64,000 bases of DNA. Source: an uncultured delta proteobacterium (GTDB lineage: Bacteria; Desulfobacterota; RBG-13-43-22). The position numbers were made by a program, and so were the translations under genes. Under the pieces are notes generated by a model, which ran no database searches, had not been told where the DNA came from, and saw only the letters and a program-made list of their open reading frames with translations. This document shows positions 50,616-60,974 of this stretch, one piece after another (position 1 is the stretch's first letter; the number at the start of each line of letters is the position of its first letter). The stretch covers positions 256,001 to 320,000 of the forward strand of contig CAVQFQ010000005.1 in assembly GCA_963711835.1 (NCBI GenBank), written 5' to 3'.

Positions 50616-52304
50616 ATGACCACCAAGAAAAGACTGGGAGATATCCTCCACCAGGCCGGTTTGATCGACCAAGAAAAGCTCGATGAAGCCATTGCCCTGC
50701 AAAGGGTCAGTAAAGAGCGCCTGGGCCGGGTATTGGTAAAATTAGGCTATGTCTCGGAAGAAGATATTGCCCAGACCCTTTCCCAGCAACTCAGGATCCC
50801 CTATCTCAGCTTCTCCGATCATATTTTAGATAAAAAAATGATCCTCCTGGTTCCGGAAGGCGTGGCCCGGAACTATCTGTTGGTCCCGGTCAGTAAAAAG
50901 GACAAGGTCCTGACCGTGGCCATGGTGGATCCGCTTAATATCCTGGCCATTGATGAGCTCTCCATCCGGACCCGCTTAACCATTGAACCGGCCATTGCCC
51001 CTGAAGAGGATATCAAGCGGGCCATCGATGAATTGTACGGCGGTTCCTTTATGGCCAAAAGCGAAACGGCCCCGGAACCGCTGGGGTCCGAGGATTACCT
51101 GGAGGAAGGGCTCTTGGAAGTGGAGGAAGAGGGCCCTATCTCCCAATTAGTCAACCTGATTCTGCTTGAAGCGGCCCGGGAAAGGGCCAGCGACATCCAT
51201 ATCGAACCGGAGGAAAATCTGCTTAAAATCAGGTACCGCGTTGACGGGCTGCTTCGGGAAACCACCCCCCTTCAGAATAAGTATACCAACCCGATCATCT
51301 CCCGGCTTAAAATCATGTCCAAAATGGATATTGCCGAAAAAAGGCACCCCCAGGACGGCCGGCTTAACTTTATGGCCGACGGGAATACCATCGATGTCCG
51401 GGTTTCTTCCTTTCCGACCATTCACGGGGAAAACGTGGTCATGCGTCTGCTGGATCAATCCAGTATCCTTTTAACCCTCGAAGACCTCGGCTTCCTCCCG
51501 GAAGACTTTAAGAAATTCGTTTATCTGAGTACTATCCCTTATGGTTTTATCTTAGTGACCGGTCCTACCGGTAGCGGAAAGACGACCACCCTCTACGCCA
51601 CCCTGAACAGCATCAATGATCCCCAAAAAAATGTCATCACCCTGGAGGACCCGGTGGAGTACCGGCTGGGAGGCATTCGGCAAACCCAGATCAATCCCAA
51701 GGCCGGCCTGTCTTTCGCCAACGGTCTCCGCTACATCCTGCGCCAGGATCCGGACATCGTCATGGTGGGCGAAATCCGGGATGAAGAAACAGCCAGCACC
51801 GCGGTCCAGGCCGCCCTGACCGGCCATCTGGTACTGAGCACCCTGCATACCAATGATGCCCCGGGAACCCTGATCCGGCTCAACGAAATGGGCATCGCCC
51901 CTTTTTTAATCGCCTCTTCGGTGGAAGGGGTCCTGGCCCAACGGCTGACCCGGAGGCTCTGTAAGGATTGCAAGGAACCTTATACCGCCAGCCCGGCGGA
52001 ATTGATGGAAATGAATGTCCCCCCTTCTTCGGAAAAAATAATTCTCTACCGCCCCAAGGGCTGCCGTAGCTGCAAAAGTGCCGGCTACCGGGGGCGGATC
52101 GGTATCTATGAACTGCTTTTGGTCGACAAGGAGATCAAGGAATTGATCTTAAGCAAAGCCTCTCCCAAGGTCATCGGCGAATTGGCTGTTAAGACCCAGG
52201 GTATGAAGACCTTACGGCAGGACGGGGTAGCCAAGGTATTGGCAGGGATCACCTCTCTGGGGGAGTTGAATCGGGTAACCATCAAAGAACTCCCCCAATC
52301 CTAA
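50616..52304 (+). CDS. Type IV pilus/T2SS assembly ATPase (PilB/MshE/GspE) with MshEN domain
   Basis: Tandem RLG motifs (RLGDIL..AGLI....L...Q...RLGRVLVKLGYV), ASDIHIEP, GPTGSGKT, CxxC/CxxC, GYRGR. Confidence 0.95.
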   Translation: MTTKKRLGDILHQAGLIDQEKLDEAIALQRVSKERLGRVLVKLGYVSEEDIAQTLSQQLRIPYLSFSDHILDKKMILLVPEGVARNYLLVPVSKKDKVLTVAMVDPLNILAIDELSIRTRLTIEPAIAPEEDIKRAIDELYGGSFMAKSETAPEPLGSEDYLEEGLLEVEEEGPISQLVNLILLEAARERASDIHIEPEENLLKIRYRVDGLLRETTPLQNKYTNPIISRLKIMSKMDIAEKRHPQDGRLNFMADGNTIDVRVSSFPTIHGENVVMRLLDQSSILLTLEDLGFLPEDFKKFVYLSTIPYGFILVTGPTGSGKTTTLYATLNSINDPQKNVITLEDPVEYRLGGIRQTQINPKAGLSFANGLRYILRQDPDIVMVGEIRDEETASTAVQAALTGHLVLSTLHTNDAPGTLIRLNEMGIAPFLIASSVEGVLAQRLTRRLCKDCKEPYTASPAELMEMNVPPSSEKIILYRPKGCRSCKSAGYRGRIGIYELLLVDKEIKELILSKASPKVIGELAVKTQGMKTLRQDGVAKVLAGITSLGELNRVTIKELPQS

Positions 52305-52470
52305 TGAGTGCTCATCCGGAAAAGATGGTTTCCGGATGGAACCGGACCAGTTTTTTCTCCCTGTTTTTTCTTTTCTGTAGTTTTTGTTAATGATAGAATA
52401 AGAAAAATCCTGAAGACCCTTGATCCCCGCCGTGGGTCAGCGGGGTGGAGATGGGCTAAGAGAGTAGACG

Positions 52471-53712
52471 ATGGCCGTTTTTTCCTATAAGGCCCGGGAT
52501 GGCGCAGGAAAAATCATTACCGGGAAACTGGACGGGAAAGACCCTTCGGCTGTGGCCGAAGAGTTGGGCGGAAAAGGCTTTTTTCCCATTTCCATTACGG
52601 CCTCGGCCTCGGCCGACGGTTCGCCTCCTTTGGGCGTCTGGCTTAACCGGCAATCCCTCCAGTTTAAAAAAACCGTCAACCCCAAGGAACTGATCTATTT
52701 CAGCCGCCAATTGGGCACCCTCTACGGTGCGGGCATACCTCTCCTGAACGGCTTAAGCGTCCTGGCCGAACAAACCACCAATCCCAATTTCCAGAAAATA
52801 ATCAGCGGGGTGGTGGAGCAGATCAAGGAGGGAAAAACCCTTTCCGCCGCCCTCTCCGCCTATCCCAAGATCTTTTCCGACATTTATATCCACATGATAG
52901 AGTCCGGCGAATCCTCCGGATCCCTGGAGCAGGTCTGCGAGAGGCTGGCCAATCACCTGGATTATGAAGTCAAAATCCGGGCCGATATCAAAGCCGCTAC
53001 CCGCTATCCCAAGATCGTGGTCATCGCCATCCTATCGGCCTTTGTCCTCGCGGTAACCTTCATCATACCGAAATTCATGGGTATCTTTAAAAATGCCCAG
53101 ATGGACCTGCCCCTGCCCTCCAAGATCCTGATGTATACCAGTATCTATTTTACCCAATACTGGTATTATCTGGCCCTCGGGGCCGCCGGGTGCTGGATCG
53201 GTCTAAAACTTATCCTGCGCACCCCGAAAGGCCGGATGTTCTGGGACGAGTGGAAGCTGAAAGTGCCCATCTTCGGTCCCCTCTTTATGAAGATCTTCAT
53301 GTCCCGCTTTATCCGAACCTTTGTCAGCCTGAACCAGAGCGGGATCCCCATCCTGACGACCCTGGATATATCCGCTAAGACCTTCGGAAATGCCTTTTTG
53401 ACTCAAGTGGTTCAAACCATAAAAGAAGGGGTTAAGGAGGGAGCCGACCTCTGGGAGAGGATGCGGAATTCCAAGGTTTTCCCGCCCCTGGTCTATCATA
53501 TGTTTGCCATCGGGGAATCCTCCGGGACCATGGACCGGATCCTGGGCAAGATCTCCGATTATTACGACCGGGAAGTGGATTATTCCATCAAGAACCTGAC
53601 CACCATGATCGAACCCGTCCTGATCGTTTCCATGGGGGCCATGGTCCTCTTTATCGCCCTGGGGGTGTTTATGCCCATGTGGGACCTGACCAAGCTGGCC
53701 CGCCAGCGCTGA
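52471..53712 (+). CDS. Type IV pilus/T2SS platform protein (PilC/MshG/GspF)
   Basis: FSRQLGTL..AGIP, GESSGSL, YPK, IEP. Confidence 0.93.
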   Translation: MAVFSYKARDGAGKIITGKLDGKDPSAVAEELGGKGFFPISITASASADGSPPLGVWLNRQSLQFKKTVNPKELIYFSRQLGTLYGAGIPLLNGLSVLAEQTTNPNFQKIISGVVEQIKEGKTLSAALSAYPKIFSDIYIHMIESGESSGSLEQVCERLANHLDYEVKIRADIKAATRYPKIVVIAILSAFVLAVTFIIPKFMGIFKNAQMDLPLPSKILMYTSIYFTQYWYYLALGAAGCWIGLKLILRTPKGRMFWDEWKLKVPIFGPLFMKIFMSRFIRTFVSLNQSGIPILTTLDISAKTFGNAFLTQVVQTIKEGVKEGADLWERMRNSKVFPPLVYHMFAIGESSGTMDRILGKISDYYDREVDYSIKNLTTMIEPVLIVSMGAMVLFIALGVFMPMWDLTKLARQR

Positions 53713-53732
53713 GGATGCGGGAAATTACAGGT

Positions 53733-54089
53733 ATGGCCGATAGAGGCAGCGCCGGCCTGAGCTTGATCGAACTGATCGTGGTCCTGATGATCTTCGGCAT
53801 TTTAGTGGTGATCGCCGTTCCCAGGTACCTTAATCTCCAGCAGGAAGCCCGCCTGGCGGCCCGGGACAGCCTGACCGGAAACTTACGGGCAGCCGCCGGG
53901 ATTGCCTATGCCGATGCTTCGATAAATGGTTCAGGGATCATCAATGCCGCAATAGTCTATAGCTCCCTGGCGGAATCGGGCGGGCTGACCTTTGCCGGGA
54001 CGGTTTTTACCGCCACCATCGGCGGCGTCCAGTACACCTGGACCTTTACGACCCCGGCCGGGATCGGGTCCCCTTTTCCGACTACCTGA
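53733..54089 (+). CDS. Type IV pilin, copy 1 (MshA-like)
   Basis: G|LSLIELIVV..AVPRY; alternative ATG at 53715. Confidence 0.88.
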   Translation: MADRGSAGLSLIELIVVLMIFGILVVIAVPRYLNLQQEARLAARDSLTGNLRAAAGIAYADASINGSGIINAAIVYSSLAESGGLTFAGTVFTATIGGVQYTWTFTTPAGIGSPFPTT

Positions 54090-54243
54090 GTCCTTTTTTT
54101 CATCAGGCAGTATTAAAAAAATTGCTTACATTCCGGGAATGTTATGCTATCGTTTCGCCGATTTCCATTCCGCCCCGGCGGATTCTCGTAGGTTGCGGCT
54201 AACTATCTTAAATTAACCCAACAGTTGCATTAAAATTGGGCGG

Positions 54244-54290
54244 AAAATCCCTCCTTCCCCCCTTTGGCAAAAGGAGGGAAGGGGGGGTTA
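54244..54290. repeat. Poly-C/poly-G palindromic repeat
   Basis: aaaatccctccttcccccctttggcaaaaggagggaagggggggtta. Confidence 0.6.
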
Positions 54291-54375
54291 GCTGGCGATT
54301 CTGCTGATCGAAAATTTTTTTGAAACGTTTAAGTTAAGAATGATATTATTATTTCAGGAAAGGGGGTGATTCATC

Positions 54376-54738
54376 GTGAGAAAAAGGAGGATGGGGAATT
54401 ATGGTTTTACGATGATCGAACTGATCATCGTGATCGTGATTATCGGGATTCTGGCCGCTATCGCAGTTCCCCGCTATCTGGATCTTCGGAGCCAGGCCCG
54501 GCTGGCTGCCCGGGACGGCTTGACCGGAAACATCAGGGCTGCGGCTTCCATTGCCTATGCCAACGCCTCGGTCAATAACCTGGGGGCTATCAATGCCACC
54601 AGCGTTTACGGCTCCCTGGCGGAAACAGGCGGCCTGACTTTTGCGGGGACCATCTTTACAGGCACCGTCGGCGGAGTCGCTTACACCTGGACCTTTAACG
54701 CACCGGCCGGAATCGGTTCTCCCTCCCCGACAACTTAG
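54376..54738 (+). CDS. Type IV pilin, copy 2 (probable major pilin, 110-aa mature form)
   Basis: MRKRRMGNYG|FTMIELIIVIVIIGILAAIAVPRY. Confidence 0.93.
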   Translation: MRKRRMGNYGFTMIELIIVIVIIGILAAIAVPRYLDLRSQARLAARDGLTGNIRAAASIAYANASVNNLGAINATSVYGSLAETGGLTFAGTIFTGTVGGVAYTWTFNAPAGIGSPSPTT

Positions 54739-54806
54739 GTTTAGTTGGGTGATACCAGCCTGACCGGTTAAAAAAAACTATTGAAAGGAGTGAGAAGAGG
54801 AACACG

Positions 54807-55164
54807 ATGAAGAAAGATAACTAATCATGGTTTTACGATGATTGAACTGATCATTGTCATCGTAATTATCGGGATCCTGGCCGCTATCGCAGTTCCCCGT
54901 TATCTGGATTTAAGAGACCAGGCACGGGTGGCTGCCCGGGACGGCTTGACCGGAAACATCAGGGCTGCGGCTTCCATTGCCTATGCCAACGCCTCGGTCA
55001 ATAACCTGGGGGCTATCAATGCCACCAGCGTTTACGGCTCCCTGGCGGAAACAGGCGGCCTGACTTTTGCGGGGACCATCTTTACAGGCACCGTCGGCGG
55101 AGTCGCTTACACCTGGACCTTTAACGCACCGGCCGGAATCGGTTCCCCTTCACCCACTACCTGA
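54807..55164 (+). CDS. Type IV pilin, copy 3; leader disrupted by +1 A at 54813-54815
   Basis: ATG AAG AA(A)G ATA ACT AAT CAT GGT|TTT ACG ATG ATT GAA reads MKKITNHG|FTMIE if one A is removed. Confidence 0.85.
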
Positions 55165-55190
55165 TTTTTTAACCTTATTTGTTAATGAGG

Positions 55191-55223
55191 GAAGGGCCAT
55201 AAAAGGTTTTTTTATGGCCCTTC
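55191..55223 (+). terminator. Hairpin after the pilin array
   Basis: gaagggccataaaa/ttttatggcccttc followed by atttt. Confidence 0.65.
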
Positions 55224-55228
55224 ATTTT

Positions 55229-57671
55229 ATGGTCGAAGCGCGCCTGAGGGGTTTATTCTATTTTCTGGTTCTGTCGGGATTGATCCTTATTTATTTTTGG
55301 GCACCCTTAACCCAGGGCTTTATATTTATTGAGCGGGATATCCCGGTTTTTTTCTTCCCCCCCTTAACCCTCTGGGTTGAGGCCTTCAAAACCGGGCACA
55401 TCCCTTTGTGGAATCCCTATTCCTTCGGCGGGCAGCCGCTCTTCGCCTCTCTGCAAACCGGGATCCTCTATCCGCCTAACCTCCTGCTCCTGATCCTGCC
55501 CGTCGCCTGGGCTTTTAACGCTACGATTGCCCTCCATTTCCTGCTGGCCGGCGTTTTTATCTTTCTCCTCTGCCGCCGGTTAGGGGGAAGTCCGGGAGCC
55601 GGCCTCCTGGCGGCCATTTCATTTACCTTCGGCGGCTTTTTATTATCGGTCCATAACGTGGTCTCCACCCTGCAATCGGTCACCTGGGCCCCTCTGATTT
55701 TCTTTTTTCTTTTGAAAGCCCTCGGCCGGGGAACCTGGAGCTTGGTCCTCTTGACGGCCTTGGCCGTCCTGGTTCAATTCCTGGGGGGCGGGATTGAGGT
55801 CTTTCTCCTGACCCAGGTCCTGGTCCTTTTTCTGGGCCTTTTCCCCGGGACCCTTCTGCCGGAGAAGGAATTTATCCCCCTGATTGGGCGCCTGAAGGCC
55901 CTGGCGGCAATATATCTCCTCTTTCTCGGATTAGGGGCGGTTCAAATCCTGCCCTTTCTGGAGATGGTCCAACAGTCCTTCCGCAGTACCGGTTTCAGTT
56001 ATGAAGAAGCCACGCGCTGGTCGTTGGCCTGGCGGGAACTGGTTTATATCTTTCTGCCCGATTTTTTCTGGCGGGGTACCAAATATTACTACGTTGACCA
56101 AAACTGGCTGAAAAGCATCTACCTGGGCGTGGTTCCCCTGCTGCTGGTCTTCTTTTATTTTTTAAGGAGAGACCGGCGCCGGATTTGGTTCGGAATTTTC
56201 ATGATCATCCCCTTAGTGATGGCCCTGGGGAAAAATACGCCCTTTTACGGCCTCCTCTATGCCGCGGTCCCGGGACTATCCAAAATCCATTATCCGGTCA
56301 AATTCTTTTTTCTGACCAATCTTTTCTTATGCCTCCTAACCGGCCTGGGCTGGGACGCCCTGGCCCAACGCCTCTCCGGCCGGTCCAATCCAGCCGGGAA
56401 GCGACTGAAAAGGATTTTTCTTTCCCTGGCCCTGCTGATGTCCCTCTTTCTGGTGGCCTTTTCACTCTACCGGGACCCCTTGCTCTCCTTTTTTAAAGAC
56501 TGGGTGGCCATCAGTTATGACCGCCCCTGGGAATTTAACCTCCACAACCTCTCCCGGGTGGTTTTTTACGGACTGCTCAGTTTTCTCCTTTTTTTCTTTC
56601 TGGCCGATCGAAAGCTCTCTCCCAAATGGGGTCAAATCGGGGTCATCCTGCTGCTGTTGAGCGATCTGTTTTTAGGAAATTGGGGGCAATACAAAGCCAT
56701 CGACCGGGAAACCTTTTTAAAATCCAGTCCCAATCTGGAACAGGTCCTGAAGGATCCTTCCCGGCCCCGGGTTTACACCGATATTTGGGTGCTGAAAAGC
56801 GTCAGCTTCGGGGAAAATGATGAGAAAATGGCGGCCCTTTTTTACCAGGAACGCTTTAATATGGATTACACCGTCATCCACCGCATCTATAATGCTTCCG
56901 GGTTTCCGGTCTTGTTGTACCGACCCTATAAAAACCTCTTGAACCTCCTGGAAACCTCCCCCAATCCCCAGGCTACCGATCTCCTGCGCATCATGAATGT
57001 CAAATACCTATTATGGCATGAGGAGGTCAAAGACCCCTGCCTTCCGACTCCTCCGGAAAGGCCCCCCCCATCTCCTGCCCCAAGCGGAGGCCAATCCCGT
57101 TCCCAACAAACCGCCGCCTTACAAACCGATCCTGCCCCACCTTTATGAAGACGGCCGGGTGTTGCCCCGGGCTTTTCTGGTGCCGGATTTCCAAGTTGTC
57201 GCCGATGAAAACAAGGTCAGGGACCTGATCGTCACCAAAGGCTTCGACCCGGTCCGAACCGTCCTCTTGGAAGAAGCTCCCCGCTTTCCTTCGGGACCAA
57301 AGGCCTTTGAACACGAAACTGATACGGTCCGGTTTCTGGACCGGGGTTTGAACCATCTTCAACTGGAAACCGCCTCATCCGGTCCCCGTCTGCTCTTCCT
57401 GAGCGAAACTTTCTATCCCGGCTGGAGGGCCTGGGTGGACGGCCGGAGAGAAAAAATCTACCGGGCCAATCACGCCTTTCGAGCCATCCCCCTGGGGCCG
57501 GGCCGCCATACGGTTTATCTGGCCTATCAGCCCTTTTCTTTTTATCTGGGCCTGACGATCAGCGGCCTGAGTTTAATCCTGTTATTTTTAGGCCTATTTT
57601 TGTATAAAAGATCAGGCTCGGATCGTTGGTCCAAAAGTCGTGAGAACGATTCGGCCTCTTTGATCGATTGA
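55229..57671 (+). CDS. YfhO-like GT-C membrane protein; +1 frameshift at C run 57034-57037
   Basis: PLWNPYSFGGQPLFA..YPPN, AVQILP, NVKY, LPRAF, SETFYPGWRAWVDG..RANHAFRAI.LGPGRH; removing one C joins the two ORFs. Confidence 0.85.
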
Positions 57672-59797
57672 ATAAATTGGATGGAGGATGGATGCAGCCG
57701 ACCCAAAATAGTAAACTATTCCTGATCAGCTTCATTATGCTTTTTCTGGAAATCCTCCTGATCCGCTGGATCTCCACCGAGGTCAGGATCTTTGCCTATA
57801 TCGGCAACCTGGTCTTGCTGGCCTGTTTTCTGGGGATCGGGGTGGGCTGCTATTTCTCCAGGAAGAAAGAACAGATCCTCATCACCCTGGGCATGCTGGT
57901 CCTGATCGTCCTGGCGGTTAAATCCGAGCCTTTCCGGCACATCACCGATATGCTGAGCGCCTTCCCCGACGCCGTCATCTGGTATCAGATTATGGAACCC
58001 TTTAATCTGCGGCTGGTCCTGCAAGGGATTGGACTGACCCTCTTTATGTTTCTGATGATCCTGACGGCCTTTATCCCCTTGGGGCAGATCTTAGGCAAAC
58101 TCTTAGATGAGCATCCTAAAACGATTGAAGGCTATTCGGTTAATATCGTGGCCAGCCTGATCGGCATCTGGGCCTTTAATATCTTTGCGCTCTATTACAC
58201 CCCGCCCTGGCTCTGGTTTCTTTTCAGTCTCATTCTCCTGTTCTTCTTTGTGCCCCGCTCCAAATTCAACACGTTCCTGTTCGGCCTGGGCGCTCTTTTT
58301 ATTCTTCTATTGTTAAGCCTATCCAATCCCAACATCCCGACTGTCTGGAGTCCCTACCAGAAATTGGAGGTCCATCCCAATTTCACCCTGGGCCTTCGAA
58401 ACGGCTTTGTCGTCAATGTCAACAACGTCGGCTACATGACCCTCCTTGATCTTTCCGACAAATTCATCACCAATGTCCCGGACCGCTACAATAAAGCGCA
58501 GCGGAAATTCGGCCAGTATGATCTTCCCTATGCCTTTACCGACCGGGCCGATTCGGTTTTGATCGTCGGTTCCGGGGGAGGCAATGATGTCGCCGGGGCC
58601 TTGAGGCACAACCCCCGGAGCATTGATGCCGTGGAGATCGATCCCGGCATTTATCAGTTGGGGCTGGCTTTGCATCCGGAGCGGCCCTACGAGCAGAAAC
58701 CGGTCCGGGTTTTCATAGACGATGCCCGGGCCTTTTTTAAGAAAAGCTCCCATAAATATGATCTGATTTCCTTCGGACTCCTGGATTCCCACACCCTCTC
58801 CTCCAATTACAACAACACCCGTCTGGATCATTATGTCTATACCGAGGAGAGCTTCCGGGAGGCCCGCAACCTCTTAAATCCGGACGGGATCACCACGGTG
58901 ATCTTTGCCACCCAGACCAGATGGATCGGGGAGCGGATTTACGGTTTATTGAAAAAGGTCTATGGCGAGGTCCCCTATGTCTTTGCGGTTCACAGTCCGG
59001 ACAGCTCTTACGGCTGGGGGGGGACCATGTTCGTGACCGGGAAAAATATCCCGGCCCTTAAACAGAAAGTGGACTCCGATCCAGAACTCAAAGCCCTGCT
59101 GGCCAAAAACGCCGTTTCTTACTCGGATAGGGTGCGCTTGACTACCGATGATTGGCCCTATTTGTATATTAAAAAAGCCCGCATCCCCCGCATGTACTGG
59201 TTGATTATGGGCTCCCTGCTGGTCTTGTTTCTTCTGGCCAGGCGCTTCATCCTGACGGCCGACGGGGGCCGGATCAACCTCCATTTCTTCTTCCTGGGCG
59301 GCGCCTTTCTGTTACTGGAGTTCCAGAACGTCAGCAAGGCCTCCCTGCTCTTCGGCTCCACCTGGATCGTCAATTCCTATATCTTTTCCTCTATTCTGAT
59401 CTTGATTTTATTGGCGAATTTATTTGTCTCTTATGTTAAACTTCGAAACGTCCTGGTCTTCTACCTGCTGCTCTGGGCTTCCATCCTGATGCTTTATTTC
59501 ATGCCCCTGGATCTCTTTAACGCTTACGGATTCTGGAGCAAAATCCTTTTGGCCTCCTTAGGGCTTAATCTGCCTATCTTCTTTGCCGGGATTATTTTTA
59601 TCCATTCTTTCAAAGAAACGCCGGCCAAGGACCTGGCCCTGGGATCCAATCTGATCGGAGCGGCCTTGGGCGGGCTGCTGGAATCCCTGTCCTTTATGAC
59701 CGGGATCAAGGCCTTGTTATTGCTCGTTTTGGCCTTCTATATCCTGTCGTTTCTCTGTCTGCCCAAAGGAAGGCCCAAGGCCTTACCCGCAGCTTAG
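57668..59797 (+). CDS. Membrane protein fused to a spermidine-synthase-like SAM-dependent domain
   Basis: TM bundles flanking WSPYQK, VLIVGSGGGND, AVEIDP, DDARAF, TTDDWPYLY. Confidence 0.85.
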   Translation: MNKLDGGWMQPTQNSKLFLISFIMLFLEILLIRWISTEVRIFAYIGNLVLLACFLGIGVGCYFSRKKEQILITLGMLVLIVLAVKSEPFRHITDMLSAFPDAVIWYQIMEPFNLRLVLQGIGLTLFMFLMILTAFIPLGQILGKLLDEHPKTIEGYSVNIVASLIGIWAFNIFALYYTPPWLWFLFSLILLFFFVPRSKFNTFLFGLGALFILLLLSLSNPNIPTVWSPYQKLEVHPNFTLGLRNGFVVNVNNVGYMTLLDLSDKFITNVPDRYNKAQRKFGQYDLPYAFTDRADSVLIVGSGGGNDVAGALRHNPRSIDAVEIDPGIYQLGLALHPERPYEQKPVRVFIDDARAFFKKSSHKYDLISFGLLDSHTLSSNYNNTRLDHYVYTEESFREARNLLNPDGITTVIFATQTRWIGERIYGLLKKVYGEVPYVFAVHSPDSSYGWGGTMFVTGKNIPALKQKVDSDPELKALLAKNAVSYSDRVRLTTDDWPYLYIKKARIPRMYWLIMGSLLVLFLLARRFILTADGGRINLHFFFLGGAFLLLEFQNVSKASLLFGSTWIVNSYIFSSILILILLANLFVSYVKLRNVLVFYLLLWASILMLYFMPLDLFNAYGFWSKILLASLGLNLPIFFAGIIFIHSFKETPAKDLALGSNLIGAALGGLLESLSFMTGIKALLLLVLAFYILSFLCLPKGRPKALPAA

Positions 59798-59845
59798 GAA
59801 TCCGGAAATTCCCTGAGAAAACCCGTTGCCCCCAAGGAGGGAAAA

Positions 59846-59945
59846 ATGGCCTTTATCCAGGCCCAAGGGCTTTCAAAGAGTACCAGATGGGCGAGATCAG
59901 GCTGACGGCCCTGAAGAACCTTTCCTTTCAAATCGACCCGGCCCC
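59846..59945 (+). pseudogene. 5' remnant of a LolD/MacB-type ABC ATPase
   Basis: AAGGAGG RBS then MAFIQAQGL../EYQMGEIRLTALKNLSFQIDP; ends before Walker A. Confidence 0.55.
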
Positions 59946-59974
59946 TCTACCGTTCCACAGGAAATGACAGCCTG

Positions 59975-60319
59975 TTAGGTCAGGCCGGTAAGCTATTTGA
60001 ACAAATAGAAGATGATACCGATTTATGCGTGTCTTGCCTGACGATTTTTGAACTTAAAAGGCTGGCCCTCAGGGGAGCGCTGGAACAAGACGCGGTGAAC
60101 AGACTTATTGAAAATATCATGTCGCTTTGCCGTATTTCCTGGCTTGACAACATTGAGATTAATTACCTTGCCGCCGGTCTTGCTCAGGGACTGGGGATAC
60201 CTGCTGTGGATTCCCTGATTTTGGCAGGATTTATTTTGAATAGCGCGGAGACGATCTACACCACAGATTCTCATTTGGAAAAATACGTCAAAAATGGAGT
60301 CCGGGTCATCAAACTGTAG
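59975..60319 (+). pseudogene. PIN-domain (VapC-like) toxin, 5' truncated
   Basis: VSCLTIFEL...GIPAVDSLILA...IYTTDSHL; N-terminal D motif and antitoxin absent. Confidence 0.7.
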
Positions 60320-60485
60320 AGGCGACGGGGGCGGCGGCGCCGGGGATTACACCTATCTGAGCTTAACCACCTGTAAACTAGCAAACAACGCCGGGACCGA
60401 AATCGCTTCCAATTCCCTGGCCGGGCGCATTTTAATCACCGAAGATGCCCCTTTTCTGATCTATCTGCCTATTATTTTTAGATGA
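60320..60485 (+). pseudogene. 3' fragment of a secreted protein ending FLIYLPIIFR
   Basis: GDYTYLSLTTCKLANNAGTEIASNSLAGRILIT...FLIYLPIIFR-stop; no start or signal peptide. Confidence 0.55.
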
Positions 60486-60597
60486 TCCCAATTGCTAATA
60501 TAATGTTTCTGTCCAGCTTGGATGAAACATTATATTAGGGAATAAGGCAGATGTCCCCCGATTACTCTGGGCCTCGAACCGAGGCCTCGGATTAATT

Positions 60598-60741
60598 TCA
60601 GCCCTTGTCGGAATCGTCCAGCATGATGACATTGGACTTCTTGGGACAATCAGGGTCCTGAGGCTTCGACGGAGTGGTCACACATCCCAGCGAGGTTAAC
60701 AAACCGAGTAAAACGATTAAAGCCATAATTTTTTTTATCAT
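60598..60741 (-). CDS. 47-aa putative lipoprotein (below the ORF-track cutoff)
   Basis: MIKKIMALIVLLGLLTSLG-CVTTPSKPQDPDCPKKSNVIMLDDSDKG. Confidence 0.7.
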   Translation of the reverse strand: MIKKIMALIVLLGLLTSLGCVTTPSKPQDPDCPKKSNVIMLDDSDKG

Positions 60742-60974
60742 GGGTCTATCCAAAATCTAACCAGAGTAGATCATCTCCAAAAACAAATTATAAGGTATTT
60801 GTATAGTTCCCGCCCTCTTCTGTCAAGACCAAACCCCAAAAAATCCAGAATCAGGGCTGAGGACCAAGGCTTTATGATTTATTTCACAACTTACCGAACA
60901 ATCAGGGAAAATAGTCCTTGCTCTTTTGTGATTTGGTGTGTAAACATTATATCAATAATCAATCCGAGGATGCA

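Noticed and set aside
54808-54810. In-frame UGA as selenocysteine in the pilin leader
   Set aside because: No Cys-type context or evident SECIS; a single-base insertion explains it more simply
54376-55164. Conductive e-pilin
   Set aside because: Mature pilin has 9 aromatics in 110 aa (about 8%), Leu at position 27 and a 26-residue aromatic-free gap; weak against the usual heuristic
60925-60960. NrtR operator upstream of pncB
   Set aside because: Only a weak palindrome; spacing does not fit GT-N7-AC
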